A stretch of 64,000 nucleotides of DNA from NCBI GenBank assembly GCA_964616855.1, contig CAZTUJ010000001.1:67872-131871 (forward strand), read 5' to 3'. Below are positions 63,267 to 64,000 of this stretch, one piece after another; position 1 is the stretch's first letter; every line of letters begins with the position of its first letter. Source of the stretch: an uncultured Gammaproteobacteria bacterium (GTDB lineage Bacteria > Patescibacteriota > Patescibacteriia > Patescibacteriales > UBA12465). Position numbers and translations under genes: made by a program. Below the pieces are notes generated by a model. It did no database searches, was not told the origin of the DNA, and was given only the letters and a program-made list of their open reading frames with translations.

Positions 63267-64000
63267 ATGTCTGATTTAAATGCTGAATCTTTAGCTTTAC
63301 ACCGCACCAGTGGCGGCAAAATCGGTACTTCTTTAAAAGTGTCTTTGGATAATAAGCACGACCTTTCGTTGGCCTATACTCCCGGCGTGGCGGCTGTTTG
63401 TACGGCAATTGCGGCTGACAAGAGTCTAGCCTATACTCATACCATCAAAGGAAAAACTATTGCGGTGGTGAGTGACGGTAGTGCTATTTTAGGTTTGGGT
63501 AATCTGGGCCCGGAAGCGGCTTTGCCGGTGATGGAGGGGAAGTGTGCCTTATTTAAAAAATTCGCTGGAGTGGATGCTTTCCCTATCTGTTTGGATACTC
63601 AAGATTCAGAAGAAATTATTAAAGCGGTGGAGCAAATTGCCCCGGTGTTTGGCGGTATTAATCTAGAAGATATTGCTGCCCCGCGTTGTTTTGAAATTGA
63701 GCGTCGCTTGCAAGCTGAATTAGATATTCCGGTGATGCACGATGACCAGCACGGAACAGCCGCGGTAGTCTTGGCGGCTTTAATTAATGCTTTAAAGTTA
63801 AGGGGGAGCGATAAGGCCGAGGTTAAAGTAGTTTTGAGTGGTGCCGGGGCTGCCGGTAACGCGATTGCTCGACTCTTGCTGGGTTATGGCCTTAAAAATA
63901 TTATTGCCTGTGATCGCCAGGGGGCTATTTATGCCGGACGCCCCGGTTTGGATGCTGAAAAAGAATCTTTGGCTGCTATTACTAACCAATCTAAATTTCA
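63267..64000 (+). CDS. NAD(P)-dependent malic enzyme (3' end beyond the window)
   Basis: Absent from the track because no stop lies in the window. Hand translation: MSDLNAESLALHRTSGGKIGT...LAYTPGVA...VVSDGSAILGLGNLGPEAALPVMEGKCALFKKFAGVDAFPI...INLEDIAAPRCFEIE...HDDQHGTAAV...LSGAGAAGNA. Confidence 0.88.
   Translation, partial: MSDLNAESLALHRTSGGKIGTSLKVSLDNKHDLSLAYTPGVAAVCTAIAADKSLAYTHTIKGKTIAVVSDGSAILGLGNLGPEAALPVMEGKCALFKKFAGVDAFPICLDTQDSEEIIKAVEQIAPVFGGINLEDIAAPRCFEIERRLQAELDIPVMHDDQHGTAAVVLAALINALKLRGSDKAEVKVVLSGAGAAGNAIARLLLGYGLKNIIACDRQGAIYAGRPGLDAEKESLAAITNQSKF

Overview
This 64 kb window is gene-dense, mostly co-directional and uses the standard genetic code. It looks like a small-genome, fermentative, CPR/Patescibacteria-type bacterium, which I infer from gene content and did not confirm by any search.

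Housekeeping genes I recognise:
- four-subunit pyruvate:ferredoxin oxidoreductase (porGDAB)
- xth, leuS, rsmA, gltX
- a methyl-cycle block (pfkB kinase, ahcY, metK)
- radA, recG
- a class II photolyase
- a MATE exporter
- a 3'-truncated malic enzyme
- two tRNAs: Arg-GCG on the minus strand and Ser-GCT on the plus strand

Between these lie three kinds of accessory content.

1. A roughly 12 kb locus (29.3-41.5 kb), plus a seventh copy at 57.2 kb. It encodes seven divergent paralogs that all end in a PEP-utilising phosphohistidine swivel domain (GGxT[CS]HAAI). There is only one stand-alone PPDK_N/ATP-grasp protein, two histidine-phosphatase-fold proteins and no PEP/pyruvate TIM-barrel domain. Two paralogs carry N-terminal winged-helix domains. 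I read this as a split, one-to-many, rifampin-phosphotransferase-like phosphotransfer battery. It is the most interesting candidate system in the window.

2. Dispersed type IV secretion-like surface machinery:
- two Cys-rich T4SS-pilin-like proteins wedged inside the por operon
- a DsbA-like oxidoreductase
- a 2750-aa Cys-rich secreted giant
- a VirB6-like 874-aa membrane protein
- a PrgI/VirB3-like plus VirB4 module, whose VirB4 is divided by a single in-frame TAA and which runs into radA

3. A region next to tRNA-Ser that looks AT-rich by eye. Here a 26-nt copy of the tRNA 3' end plus its terminator is repeated 1.1 kb downstream, bracketing a single Cys-rich cargo gene.

I saw no rRNA, CRISPR array, transposase or integrase. 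All domain calls come from motifs read by eye in the supplied translations. No database search was run.
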